Below are positions 1-8,653 of a stretch of DNA of 64,000 nt, piece by piece. The notes under the pieces are model-generated. The model saw only the letters and a list, made by a program, of their open reading frames with translations, was not told the origin of the DNA and ran no database searches. The stretch is taken from NCBI GenBank assembly GCA_964439325.1, contig CAYTNW010000001.1, forward strand, positions 303,621-367,620, in the 5' to 3' direction. The number at the start of each line of letters is the position of its first letter. Position 1 is the first letter of the stretch. The translations under genes were made by a program, and so were the position numbers. This DNA is from an uncultured Leptospirales bacterium. GTDB taxonomy: Bacteria; Spirochaetota; UBA4802; UBA5550.

Positions 1-2532
1 AATATACACGGATTTAAAAAACGGGGAGATGTAGTTGGTAGGAATATTTATGAAGTCGCGGAAAAAAATGCCATAGAGCTGATTAAGTCGCTCTTCGAAC
101 AGGCTGAAAAGAACGGCTACAGCGAGGTGGGGAACTATGAGGTCGTCAACGGCGACAAACTCTACGTCGAACTGCAGATCGCCCTTATGACCGGCGGGGG
201 AGGACCTATAGGTTTCGTTATACTGGCCGGTAACCACACAATCAGGAAGAAGGCAGAGATAGCCCTCAGGGAGAGCGAGGCGAGAAACAGGGCGCTGATA
301 GAGGCCGTTCCAGATATAATGTTCCGGGTAAACAACAGGGGTGTATACCTCGATAAAATGCTGGGAAACAAGATAAACGAGGTCTTTCCGGAAAGCATCG
401 CTGTTGATGCCGTAAAGTACATATCCGCAGCGATTAAATCGAAAGAGATACAGATATTTGAATATCCGGTAACCACCTCCGGCAGAAATGAATACTATGA
501 GTCCAGGTTCATTGCAATTGAAAATGACGAAGTCCTTATAATTCTCAGAAATGTGACTGAGAAACATAACGCGATGATGCAGATAGAGGATTCCCGCAGG
601 GAGGCCGAGCTTGCCAACAGGTCGAAGAGTGAATTTCTCGCGAACATGAGCCATGAGATACGGACACCGCTTAACAGCATCACCGGTTTTATAGAACTGC
701 TGATGAGGGGGCAGCTCGATGCCGACCAGAAGGAGTATCTCGGGATAATTAAAAACAGCGCATCGAATCTTCTTGAAATTATAAACGATATCCTCGATGT
801 TTCAAAAATAGAGAGCAACAAGCTTGAACTGAGTAATATAGAATTCGATCCCTTTTCCGAGTTTGAATCGGTAGTAAGGCTTTTCAGCATAAAGGCCAGG
901 GAAAAGCGGATGAGGCTGTTTTCATTCATGGACCCGCGGATACCGCAGAGCGTTATATCAGACCCGCTGAGGATCAGGCAGGTTATTTCGAACCTGTTGA
1001 GCAACGCGATCAAGTTCACGCCGGACGAGGGGCTTGTGATGATAGAGATCAGGCTGCTTGAAGCCGGGGCAGGCCGCTGCCTGATAAATTTTTCAGTTTC
1101 GGATACCGGTATCGGAATCCCGGAGCACAAACAGAAACAGATCTTTGACGCATTTACCCAGGCCGACAGTTCGATAACCCGGCGGTTCGGCGGAACAGGG
1201 CTCGGTCTTAATATAAGCGCAAGCCTGGTACAGCTTCTCGGGAGCGAGATTGTTCTTGAAAGCGTAATGGGGGTAGGGAGCAGGTTCCATTTTAATCTTG
1301 AGTTCGAAGTTGACAGCCTTTCATCTCCGGCGGACCTTATTAAGGACAGGGGTATCAGGACGTATATAGTGGCGGATAAAGATGACCAGTACTCTCTGAA
1401 AAACCTCCAATCATACCTTGAGGCATGCTCCTGTAAAATCGATCTATGCGCGGATTTTGATGCGGCCTGCGCTGCCGGTCCGGACCTGATCTTCATCGTT
1501 AAACCTACTTTCCGGCCGGAAGACCTGGCTGAAATGGATATTGAAAAAACGGACTGCCCGGTGACCGTGATTTCAGAGAGTTCTGAGTATAATGATTACT
1601 CCGCCGATCTGAAGCCGGCCTTCTTTGATGTGCTGACCCATCCGCTGACTCACAGCACCCTGTTCAAAATACTGACAGGGGCTGCCGGTCTGAACAAAAC
1701 CCAGCACAGTTTTGCGAAAGAGGTGCGGGAGATGGGAAATCTAAGATTTTCCGGTAACGTTCTGGTGGGGGAGGACAATCTTATAAACCAGAAACTGATG
1801 AGACTCCTGCTTGAAAATTACGGTATAAGTGCCGATATCGCGGGGAACGGACTTACGGTCTTTGAAAAATTCAAAAGAAACAGGTACGATCTTGTACTGA
1901 TGGATATAAATATGCCCGTAGCCGACGGCCTTGAAACGGCACTTATGATACGGGATTATGAAAGGGAGACGAATTCCCTTGCTGTGCCGATATTTGCCCT
2001 TACGGCGAAGGCCCTGAAAGAGGACAGGGAGTCCGTTATCAGAAACGGTATGAACGGTTTTCTGACTAAACCTGTAGAGATGGACAAACTAGAGGCTGTG
2101 CTGATTGAATATCTTCCGACTGTGATGTCTGACGCTGTTGAAAACAGTAATATAAAAAATAAAGTTCCGGAAAATGATGCGCCGGAGAGTTCCGATGACA
2201 AAGATGACTCCGTTTATTACAGCGTGAAAAAAATCGCCGAAGAGCTGCAGGTCCCGGAAAAAGTTCTGCGGGTTATCGGGCTTGAATTCTTTGATGACGC
2301 GCTGAAGGTCATCGATGAAATAAAAATAGCGGTGAAGCTCTCTTTGTATAAGGAGGTAAGCCTCTTATCTCACAAAATGAGGGGGGCTTCGGCCAATTTA
2401 AGGCTGATAAAAATATCGCACAGTTTTCAGGAACTGGAGGAAAAATCTTCATCTTATGACGCAAATTTTGATTATTCTGCAGTTATTGATAATATTATTA
2501 ATGAGATAGAATATATTAAAAGATACTTTTGA
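1..2532 (+). CDS. Hybrid sensor histidine kinase/response regulator (PAS - HisKA - HATPase_c - REC - HPt); 5' end cut by the window edge
   Basis: Frame 1 is open from nt 1 with no stop before the GTG at 127, and the upstream residues continue a PAS-like region. H-box SHEIRTPLNSI; N-box NLLSNAIKF; G1 DTGIGI; G2 GGTGLGL. Receiver DLVLMDINMP...LTAK. HPt-like HKMRGASANL near the C-terminus. Confidence 0.9.
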   Translation, partial: NIHGFKKRGDVVGRNIYEVAEKNAIELIKSLFEQAEKNGYSEVGNYEVVNGDKLYVELQIALMTGGGGPIGFVILAGNHTIRKKAEIALRESEARNRALIEAVPDIMFRVNNRGVYLDKMLGNKINEVFPESIAVDAVKYISAAIKSKEIQIFEYPVTTSGRNEYYESRFIAIENDEVLIILRNVTEKHNAMMQIEDSRREAELANRSKSEFLANMSHEIRTPLNSITGFIELLMRGQLDADQKEYLGIIKNSASNLLEIINDILDVSKIESNKLELSNIEFDPFSEFESVVRLFSIKAREKRMRLFSFMDPRIPQSVISDPLRIRQVISNLLSNAIKFTPDEGLVMIEIRLLEAGAGRCLINFSVSDTGIGIPEHKQKQIFDAFTQADSSITRRFGGTGLGLNISASLVQLLGSEIVLESVMGVGSRFHFNLEFEVDSLSSPADLIKDRGIRTYIVADKDDQYSLKNLQSYLEACSCKIDLCADFDAACAAGPDLIFIVKPTFRPEDLAEMDIEKTDCPVTVISESSEYNDYSADLKPAFFDVLTHPLTHSTLFKILTGAAGLNKTQHSFAKEVREMGNLRFSGNVLVGEDNLINQKLMRLLLENYGISADIAGNGLTVFEKFKRNRYDLVLMDINMPVADGLETALMIRDYERETNSLAVPIFALTAKALKEDRESVIRNGMNGFLTKPVEMDKLEAVLIEYLPTVMSDAVENSNIKNKVPENDAPESSDDKDDSVYYSVKKIAEELQVPEKVLRVIGLEFFDDALKVIDEIKIAVKLSLYKEVSLLSHKMRGASANLRLIKISHSFQELEEKSSSYDANFDYSAVIDNIINEIEYIKRYF

Positions 2533-2545
2533 GCAGGTGTTAAGG

Positions 2546-3280
2546 ATGGATACCGTACTTGCCATTGATGATGATCCCACAACACTGGGTCTGCTTGAAT
2601 CGCAGCTGGGCGGACTGGGTTACAGGGTATTTACGGAAAAGGCCGCAGTCAGGGGGCTTGAGATTGCAAAAGAATTTAATCCCGACGTGATACTGCTTGA
2701 TCTCTTTATGCCGGTCATGGACGGCTTTGAAGTACTGGGGGCATTACGCAGGGATAAAAAAACCCATGATATCCCTATCATCATGCTGACGGCAAACAAG
2801 GAGAAAGATACGGTCATAGAGGCAATGAGACACGGGGTGGTGGATTACATTGTGAAGCCGTATAATCCCGACAAGCTCAATCTGAAAATAAGGGCTGCAC
2901 TGGTTTACGGGGGGATGAAGAAGCACCAGAATACCGGTGTCTTTATAGAGGTCAGCAGAAAAGTCGATATGATCCTTATTATGATGAGGGGGAGCCTGAC
3001 GGAGAAGGGATTCCAGAACGACGTTAAAACAGTTTTCAACAGTTTCTTCATGAAGCAGGTACATGACAAAGTCTGTATTTTCGACATAAGAAGCGTCGAG
3101 GAGATGCAGGACAGGGACATTGAGGAGCTTGTGCGAATTGTAAACCTGTTCCCAGAATCGAGAAAGAAGATTATTACCGGAAGGCATTACGGGGCGATTG
3201 TCGCATCGACTGACCTTGACCAGAAGGCCGAGCTTTTTCTCTCGTTCGGGGACTTTGAGCTGGCGACCAATGCTGTATAG
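2546..3280 (+). CDS. Response regulator: N-terminal receiver domain plus ~120-aa C-terminal STAS-like domain
   Basis: REC motifs AIDDD, DVILLDLFMPVMDG, IIMLTA, KP. The ATG at 2546 lies 6 nt after AGGTG; the track start at 2537 is GTG. The C-terminal half has a STAS-like alternating pattern but no DSSG phospho-serine motif. Confidence 0.8.
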   Translation: MDTVLAIDDDPTTLGLLESQLGGLGYRVFTEKAAVRGLEIAKEFNPDVILLDLFMPVMDGFEVLGALRRDKKTHDIPIIMLTANKEKDTVIEAMRHGVVDYIVKPYNPDKLNLKIRAALVYGGMKKHQNTGVFIEVSRKVDMILIMMRGSLTEKGFQNDVKTVFNSFFMKQVHDKVCIFDIRSVEEMQDRDIEELVRIVNLFPESRKKIITGRHYGAIVASTDLDQKAELFLSFGDFELATNAV

Positions 3281-3324
3281 GAGCAGGCCGCCCGTAGATG
3301 CAGGTCGCGACCTGTCTCTACACA

Positions 3325-4074
3325 TCAATCAATATGTTTAAAATGCATCGCGTTATTATTACCGAACTCCTTCGCCTTCCTCAGCGCTTCTTCCGCGTAC
3401 TCTATTAATTGATCGAAAGATAAACCTGATCCATCGTCTATTGATGAAATCCCCAGAGTTATTGTAACAGGCATGCCGCTTTCGGAATACTTGTATTCTT
3501 CGACCCTGTTCCTCAGCTTTTCCGCCAGCGTTATAGACCCCTTGTCATCGGTATGCGGAAGGAGTATCGAGAACTTTCTGTCCCCGTACCGGGCTACTGT
3601 ATCATTCACGCGGCATGACGGCTTCAGTATGTAGGCTATATTTTTCAGCACCGTGTCTCCGGCAATAAGTCCGAATTTTTTGTTATAGACGTTGAATGAA
3701 TCGACATCGGCAATTATCAGTGAAAGAGAATACTTGTATCTTTTAGCCCTCTCCACCTCCTCCTTCACCTTCTGAAGAAAATGGTGCCGCTTGACCAGTG
3801 ACGTAAGATCGTCCGTTACTGATAGTTTCTCTGCATGCAGTTCGGCCTCTTTTAATAAAGCAGAAGCGATACGCATTGAAATCGCCAGCAGTACAGCGGA
3901 AATAAGAAGTATCCCCGCAAAAACAGCGTAAATAATCGATGAATAGAATACCGGCTCTCTTTTAAATATGGCGGAATAGAAAGCCGTTCCTGAGATATAG
4001 AGAGTGCTTATTATCAGTGCTGTCATGCTGAGCCTGATTATCAGGTACAGGCGGTTGTTATTTGTCTGGTCCAT
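3325..4074 (-). CDS. Membrane-anchored GGDEF-domain protein with a degenerate active site (RYGDRKF) and a retained RxxD I-site
   Basis: Two N-terminal TM helices. GGDEF-fold landmarks ADVDSFNVYNKKFG, AGDTVLK, SILLP, EALRKAKEFGNN. The signature at nt 3571-3591 reads R-Y-G-D-R-K-F instead of RYGGDEF. RVND lies 5 residues upstream. Confidence 0.8.
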   Translation of the reverse strand: MDQTNNNRLYLIIRLSMTALIISTLYISGTAFYSAIFKREPVFYSSIIYAVFAGILLISAVLLAISMRIASALLKEAELHAEKLSVTDDLTSLVKRHHFLQKVKEEVERAKRYKYSLSLIIADVDSFNVYNKKFGLIAGDTVLKNIAYILKPSCRVNDTVARYGDRKFSILLPHTDDKGSITLAEKLRNRVEEYKYSESGMPVTITLGISSIDDGSGLSFDQLIEYAEEALRKAKEFGNNNAMHFKHID

Positions 4075-4222
4075 TGCAGTTACCCGTTAATTAGTATTCA
4101 ATATCCTGAAAGGATGTAATGATAGATTAATATAATATATGGTAAAGGACAAAGTTATATTTAAATATTTTTTAGAAAAGACCCCGGTCGAATTTCTTTG
4201 TCATCCCCGCGTAGTGAGGGCG

Positions 4223-4291
4223 ACCGTAGGAAGTCCCCTGTGGACGACCGTAGGAAGTCCCCTGTGGACGACCGTAGGAAGAGCCCTGGCT
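4223..4291. repeat. 24-nt direct tandem repeat, 2 perfect copies plus 1 diverged copy (gaccgtaggaagtcccctgtggac)
   Basis: Read directly: 4223-4246 and 4247-4270 are identical. The third copy, 4271-4291, diverges after gaccgtaggaag. Confidence 0.95.
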
Positions 4292-4920
4292 GATCTGTTC
4301 TTTTATTATACTTAATTGTGCAAGGGGGGTTCCCGCACCCCCCTTATGCGTAACCCGGCGGCATGCTCAGACGCCGCATGGGGCTTGGCAGCTCACAAAA
4401 CCGGCTTCGCTGCATTAGTTCTTCCATGAACGTCACCGCTCAGTTGCCGCGGGGCTTTTGTAGAAACTATTCTCTTTATATCTTTGGTTTATGATCGTCG
4501 TATCTACTTGGTGTGTAAAACAGAACTTATATAAGGGCGTGATGAGGCTTCGTGCCTCGCACGCCCCGTCGCAAACGTCCTGTTTGCTCCCTCTACAACT
4601 ATACTCCCGTTGTTGTTACTTCAGACACCGATGCAGAGACCTGTGCCGCAGCCGGTACGGTATATCTGCGCTGTATCTCCCCCGGAGCACCCGGCGCGGC
4701 TTCAGTTATCGGAGGTATAATTTCGTCTGACTGCGTTCGATGCAAACGACTCCGTTCGCGTTGTCCACGGCCTATCCACTGTTTGAGATTGGATTTACAA
4801 AACTTTTCCAGTTCAATTATTTTTGCACCATAAAAGATATAGATACTGTTTATATTAATATAACTCCCTGAAAACACACCGGCTTATCCGATATTCAATT
4901 CTATTACGCAATTTTCAGCC

Positions 4921-4929
4921 TGTTATAAT
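4921..4929 (+). promoter_or_regulatory. Putative extended -10 promoter element (TGtTATAAT) for the radical SAM gene
   Basis: tgttataat lies 10-22 nt upstream of the two candidate ATGs (4939, 4951). GGAGG at 4941-4945 would serve the 4951 start. Confidence 0.4.
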
Positions 4930-4938
4930 TCCGTACGC

Positions 4939-6720
4939 ATGGAGGATGCCATGAAAACAAAAATTTTAATGATTTACCCGGAGTTCCCCACGACCTATTG
5001 GAGTCTCAAATACGCACTCCGGTTTGTAGGTAAAAAAGCGGCAACAATCCCGCTTGGTCTTTTAACAGTAGCGTCACTGCTTCCTGAAGATTATGACGTT
5101 AAGCTGACAGATATGAACGTTGAAAAACTTAACGAAAATGATATCAGGAATGCTGATATGGTTTTTATCTCTTCAATGATTGTGCAGAAACAGTCATTTG
5201 ATGAAGTCGTCGCCCTCTGCAACAGGCTGAAGGTGCCGGTAGTAGCCGGGGGGCCGTATCCGACCTCATCATATAATAAAATAACAGGGGTGGATCACTT
5301 TGTTCTGAATGAGGCTGAAAATACGCTGCCGTCATTTATACATGACTACGAAAACGGGTCGCTGCAGAAAGTATACTCAAACAGTGAGAAACCGGATATC
5401 ACAAAGACTCCTCCTCCGCGGTTTGATCTTATAGATTTTAAAAAATACAATAACATAGCACTTCAGAATTCAAGAGGGTGCCCGTTCAATTGCGAGTTCT
5501 GTGATATCATAGAACTGTTCGGCAGGGTGCCGAGGTTCAAAGATCCGGAACAGTTCGTTCGCGAAATGGACCTTGTCTACAAACACGGCTTCAGGGGGTC
5601 GCTGTTCGTGGTTGATGACAATTTTATCGGTAATAAAAAAAAGGTCAGGGAGCTGCTGCATCATATAATCGACTGGCAGAAGGCGAACAATTATCCTTTT
5701 TCACTGTTTACCGAAGCAAGCCTTAATCTTGCAGCGGATGATGAGCTGCTGAAACTGATGACAGAAGCGGGGTTTGATATGGTTTTTATGGGCATAGAAA
5801 CTCCTGACACCGAATCACTGAAATCGTGCAATAAAAACCAGAACCTCAATATCGATCTGTACCTGAGTATTGATAAGATACAGAGAGCGGGTATTGAGGT
5901 CACAGGCGGTTTTATTGTCGGTTTTGACAATGACACCGAAGACATATTTGACAGGCAGGTGGAGTTTATACAAAAAGCGGGAATTTCAATGGCTATGGTG
6001 GGGCTGCTGGGCGCACTTCCCGGCACTCAGCTGTACAGGCGGCTGAATAGGGAGGGGAGGCTTAAAACGGGCGACGATTTTTCAGGCAATAATACCCACA
6101 ACTTACAGATGAATTTTATACCTGTGATGCCTGAAACAAAACTGGTAAGGGGATATAAAAAAGTAATTTCAGAAATTTACAGCCCTGAAAGATATTTTGA
6201 ACGCTGTTATACTTTTCTTGAGAAGCTCCCTGATGTAAAGATGAAAACACAGAGGGGGGTTTCGCTGATGAATATCAGAGCGTTATTTCTTTCTCTTTTA
6301 AAACAGGGATTTTCATCATATTCAATTCATTATTTCCGGTTTCTGTGGAGAGTATTAATTCACAACACGAGGCGTTTTCCGCGGGCCGTTGAACTCGCAA
6401 TAAAAGGCTATCATTTCTTTATTATAACCCGGGAAACTATAAAAGCCGATGATCTCTCTATCCAGATGAATCAGGAGAAAAAACTTCTCGAAAATACATC
6501 TGATTTTCTTGCCGCAATACCCGGGATGCAAATTCATGCTGCGGCAGAATACATCAGAATCCTTATAAATTACAGAAAAAAAATGGAAAGAAAATATTCT
6601 CACTTAAGCATGGAGGTGCAGCTTTATCTCCGCGAGCAGTATGAGGATTACATCAAGAAGTTTAATACCTGCATATCCGGTATCAGAAAGTTTCATCACA
6701 ACGGTTCTGCAGGGGAATAG
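4939..6720 (+). CDS. B12-binding-domain radical SAM protein (class B rSAM) with long helical C-terminal extension
   Basis: N-terminal Rossmann-like B12-binding region (ILMIYPEF...TIPLGLLTVASLL...MVFISS). The radical SAM cluster motif is CPFNCEFC. Alternative start is ATG 4951, 5 nt after GGAGG. Confidence 0.85.
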   Translation: MEDAMKTKILMIYPEFPTTYWSLKYALRFVGKKAATIPLGLLTVASLLPEDYDVKLTDMNVEKLNENDIRNADMVFISSMIVQKQSFDEVVALCNRLKVPVVAGGPYPTSSYNKITGVDHFVLNEAENTLPSFIHDYENGSLQKVYSNSEKPDITKTPPPRFDLIDFKKYNNIALQNSRGCPFNCEFCDIIELFGRVPRFKDPEQFVREMDLVYKHGFRGSLFVVDDNFIGNKKKVRELLHHIIDWQKANNYPFSLFTEASLNLAADDELLKLMTEAGFDMVFMGIETPDTESLKSCNKNQNLNIDLYLSIDKIQRAGIEVTGGFIVGFDNDTEDIFDRQVEFIQKAGISMAMVGLLGALPGTQLYRRLNREGRLKTGDDFSGNNTHNLQMNFIPVMPETKLVRGYKKVISEIYSPERYFERCYTFLEKLPDVKMKTQRGVSLMNIRALFLSLLKQGFSSYSIHYFRFLWRVLIHNTRRFPRAVELAIKGYHFFIITRETIKADDLSIQMNQEKKLLENTSDFLAAIPGMQIHAAAEYIRILINYRKKMERKYSHLSMEVQLYLREQYEDYIKKFNTCISGIRKFHHNGSAGE

Positions 6721-6868
6721 AAAAGCCGGCAGGGGCGGGTCGCGCTCATTTCGACAGGACTCAAAACAAGTGCGGGAATCTATACCGTTTTTATCTCCCC
6801 CCGGCAGGCCGGGACAGGTAAAAATATAATCTGTTGACATCAGAATACCCCGTTATATTCATTGTTTT

Positions 6869-7981
6869 ATGAAACTGACAATAACAGCAAAAGACAGTAA
6901 AACCTCAGCAAGGGCATGCGAAATTGAGACAACCAGAAGCACAATAAAGACCCCTGTTTTCATGCCTGTGGCCACGCGCGGGGCAATACGCGCACTGACA
7001 AAAGACGACATTGAAAACCTCGGTTTTGATATAATGCTGTCAAACACGTACCATATATACCTCCGTCCCGGGACCGGCATATTAGAGGCCGCCGGGGGGC
7101 TGCACAAATTCATGAATTACAAAAAATCTCTGCTGACCGATTCCGGCGGCTTCCAGGTCTTCTCTCTCAGCGACCTGTGCAGGGTGAAGGAGGACGGCGT
7201 CGAGTTCAGTTCTCACCATGACGGCTCGCGGCATTTCTTTACGCCGGAAAAGGTGCTCGATATACAGAGGGTAATAGGCTCCGACATAATGATGGTACTG
7301 GACCAGTGCACCAGTTACCCCATAGAGAGGGAGAAGGCTGCCGCTGCGATGGAGCGTACGATTTCATGGGCGGAGAGGTCAAAAAAATACTATGATGAAA
7401 CCTTCGACAGGGAGCTGCAGGCCTGCTTTGCCATAGTTCAGGGGAGCGTTTTCCCCGATTTAAGGGTGGAGTGCGCGAAGAGGCTTGTCGATCTCGATTT
7501 TCCGGGATACGCCATAGGCGGGCTCTCGGTGGGTGAGCCGAAAGAGCTCTACAGGGAGATAACTGAAATTCTGACCCCGCACCTCCCTGGAGACAAACCT
7601 AGGTATATGATGGGGGTAGGGAGCCCGCTTGAGATGCTTTTCGGGATACGCCACGGTGTCGACATGTTCGACTGCGTAATGCCGACCCGTATTGCCAGGA
7701 ACGGCACCCTGTACACTTCAGCGGGAAGGGTGAATATTAAAGCCGCGCAGTATGAGAACGATTTCGGGCCTCTGGATGAAAAATGCGGCTGTTATGTATG
7801 TAAAAACTTCTCCAGGGCATATCTCAGGCACCTGTTCAGAGAGGGGGAGATAGCGGCTCTGACCTATAATACATACCATAACCTTCATTTTATGAAGAAT
7901 TTCATGGACGAGATACGCCGGTCGATTATCGACGGGAGTTTCACTGAAATAGAGGCAAAATGGCTAGCTGTGTTCAGTTAA
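6869..7981 (+). CDS. tgt: tRNA-guanine transglycosylase (queuine tRNA-ribosyltransferase)
   Basis: TPVFMPVAT, LSNTYH, TDSGGFQV, VLDQC, FAIVQG, GYAIGGLSVGE, PRYMMGVG, DMFDCVMPTR, and zinc motif CGCYVC...H. Confidence 0.95.
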   Translation: MKLTITAKDSKTSARACEIETTRSTIKTPVFMPVATRGAIRALTKDDIENLGFDIMLSNTYHIYLRPGTGILEAAGGLHKFMNYKKSLLTDSGGFQVFSLSDLCRVKEDGVEFSSHHDGSRHFFTPEKVLDIQRVIGSDIMMVLDQCTSYPIEREKAAAAMERTISWAERSKKYYDETFDRELQACFAIVQGSVFPDLRVECAKRLVDLDFPGYAIGGLSVGEPKELYREITEILTPHLPGDKPRYMMGVGSPLEMLFGIRHGVDMFDCVMPTRIARNGTLYTSAGRVNIKAAQYENDFGPLDEKCGCYVCKNFSRAYLRHLFREGEIAALTYNTYHNLHFMKNFMDEIRRSIIDGSFTEIEAKWLAVFS

Positions 7982-8076
7982 ATTTTATTAAAAATTAATT
8001 ATATTAAAATATCGTAAAATGTTGATTTCCCCGAAGTAGTAGTTATATTGAAAAAAACAGATATGTTACAGTAATT

Positions 8077-8113
8077 CACCGGGGAGCAATAAACAGCCTG
8101 ACCGGGTGTTTTT
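8077..8113 (+). terminator. Possible tgt terminator (imperfect hairpin plus T-run)
   Basis: The stem is caccgg ... ccgggtg with one bulge, followed by ttttt. It lies ~100 nt after the tgt stop. Confidence 0.3.
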
Positions 8114-8204
8114 GTGGTGTTATTTCTGTGATCGATTATGTTAAAAAATATCCCGTTTTTTAAATAAACTATATAAATCTACATAAATAATGAGTTTATA
8201 AAGC

Positions 8205-8234
8205 TTGACAAGCTTTTTATCATGAGATTATAGT
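8205..8234 (+). promoter_or_regulatory. Sigma-70-type promoter: TTGACA - 17/18 nt - TTATAG/TATAGT
   Basis: TTGACA at 8205-8210 sits inside the palindrome agcttgacaagct. The -10-like tatagt is at 8229-8234. It lies ~40 nt upstream of the STAS gene. Confidence 0.55.
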
Positions 8235-8272
8235 GTAACTCTATAGATGGGTTTTAAGGAGGAATGATCTCT

Positions 8273-8611
8273 ATGGACATAAGTTCCAGAACTAAAGGAG
8301 AGGTCGTCATACTTGATATTTCCGGTGAAATTGATCTTTACAATGCTCCGGAGATTAAGGATATAATAAATAAGTTGATTGAACAAAAAAGATATAACGT
8401 TGTAATCAATCTTAAAGACGTAACTTATATTGATTCTTCAGGTATAGGGGCTCTTATTTCAAGCTTGTCAAATCTAAAGAAGTACCAGGGCGGATTGAAA
8501 ATTATAAATGTTTTTGCCTCTGTTCGCAAGGTTTTTGAGCTGACCAAATTGACATCATTTTTTGATATTTATGACAACGAAGATGATTCTGTTAAGGCTT
8601 TTCAGCAATAA
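8273..8611 (+). CDS. STAS-domain anti-sigma-factor antagonist (SpoIIAA/RsbV-like)
   Basis: ISGEIDLYNAPEIKD...VVINLKDVTYIDSSGIGALIS...LKIINV...FELTKL..FDIY. The conserved phosphorylatable Ser context is DSSG. AAGGAGG (8256-8262) fits the ATG at 8273 better than the track start at 8264. Confidence 0.9.
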   Translation: MDISSRTKGEVVILDISGEIDLYNAPEIKDIINKLIEQKRYNVVINLKDVTYIDSSGIGALISSLSNLKKYQGGLKIINVFASVRKVFELTKLTSFFDIYDNEDDSVKAFQQ

Positions 8612-8653
8612 TTTTAAACACGATATTTATTTAATTAATGCAGGAGTATTCCT

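Noticed and set aside
495-1496. Other long shadow ORFs: 495-1496(-), 38842-39720(-), 50817-51638(-), 48583-49447(+), 18211-18735(-), 19072-19611(-)
   Set aside because: Each lies fully inside a well-supported gene on the opposite strand (kinase, carB, nucleotidyltransferase, P83/100, VWA). Each has a low-complexity or non-protein-like composition.
4223-4420. RNase P RNA-like fragments (GGAAGTCCCC resembling GGAAAGTCCGG; ACAAAACCGGCTTCG resembling ACAGAACCCGGCTTA)
   Set aside because: The first string is part of a triple tandem repeat. The two halves cannot form a P4-like pairing. The spacing (~170 nt) is far too short and the other conserved regions are missing.
4636-4647. B12-box-like string GAGACCTGTGCC upstream of the B12-binding radical SAM gene (possible cobalamin riboswitch)
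   Set aside because: The conserved riboswitch core (GGGAA...GGTG.AAA.CC...GCAAC.GTAA-type segments) is absent on either strand. A good extended -10 promoter also lies downstream of it at 4921-4929.
4491-4877. Three overlapping ORFs (79, 93 and 92 aa) in the GC-rich spacer, considered as possible RiPP precursors for the adjacent radical SAM enzyme
   Set aside because: They are Arg/Cys/Ser/Pro-rich products of translating GC-rich hairpins. There is no RBS, they mutually overlap on both strands, and they show no leader/core pattern.
6604-6840. Small ORFs in the rSAM-tgt spacer (6604-6840 minus strand, 6641-6829 plus strand) and the 74-aa ORF at 36315-36539
   Set aside because: They have no RBS or motifs, overlap gene ends or repeat elements, and their composition is not protein-like.
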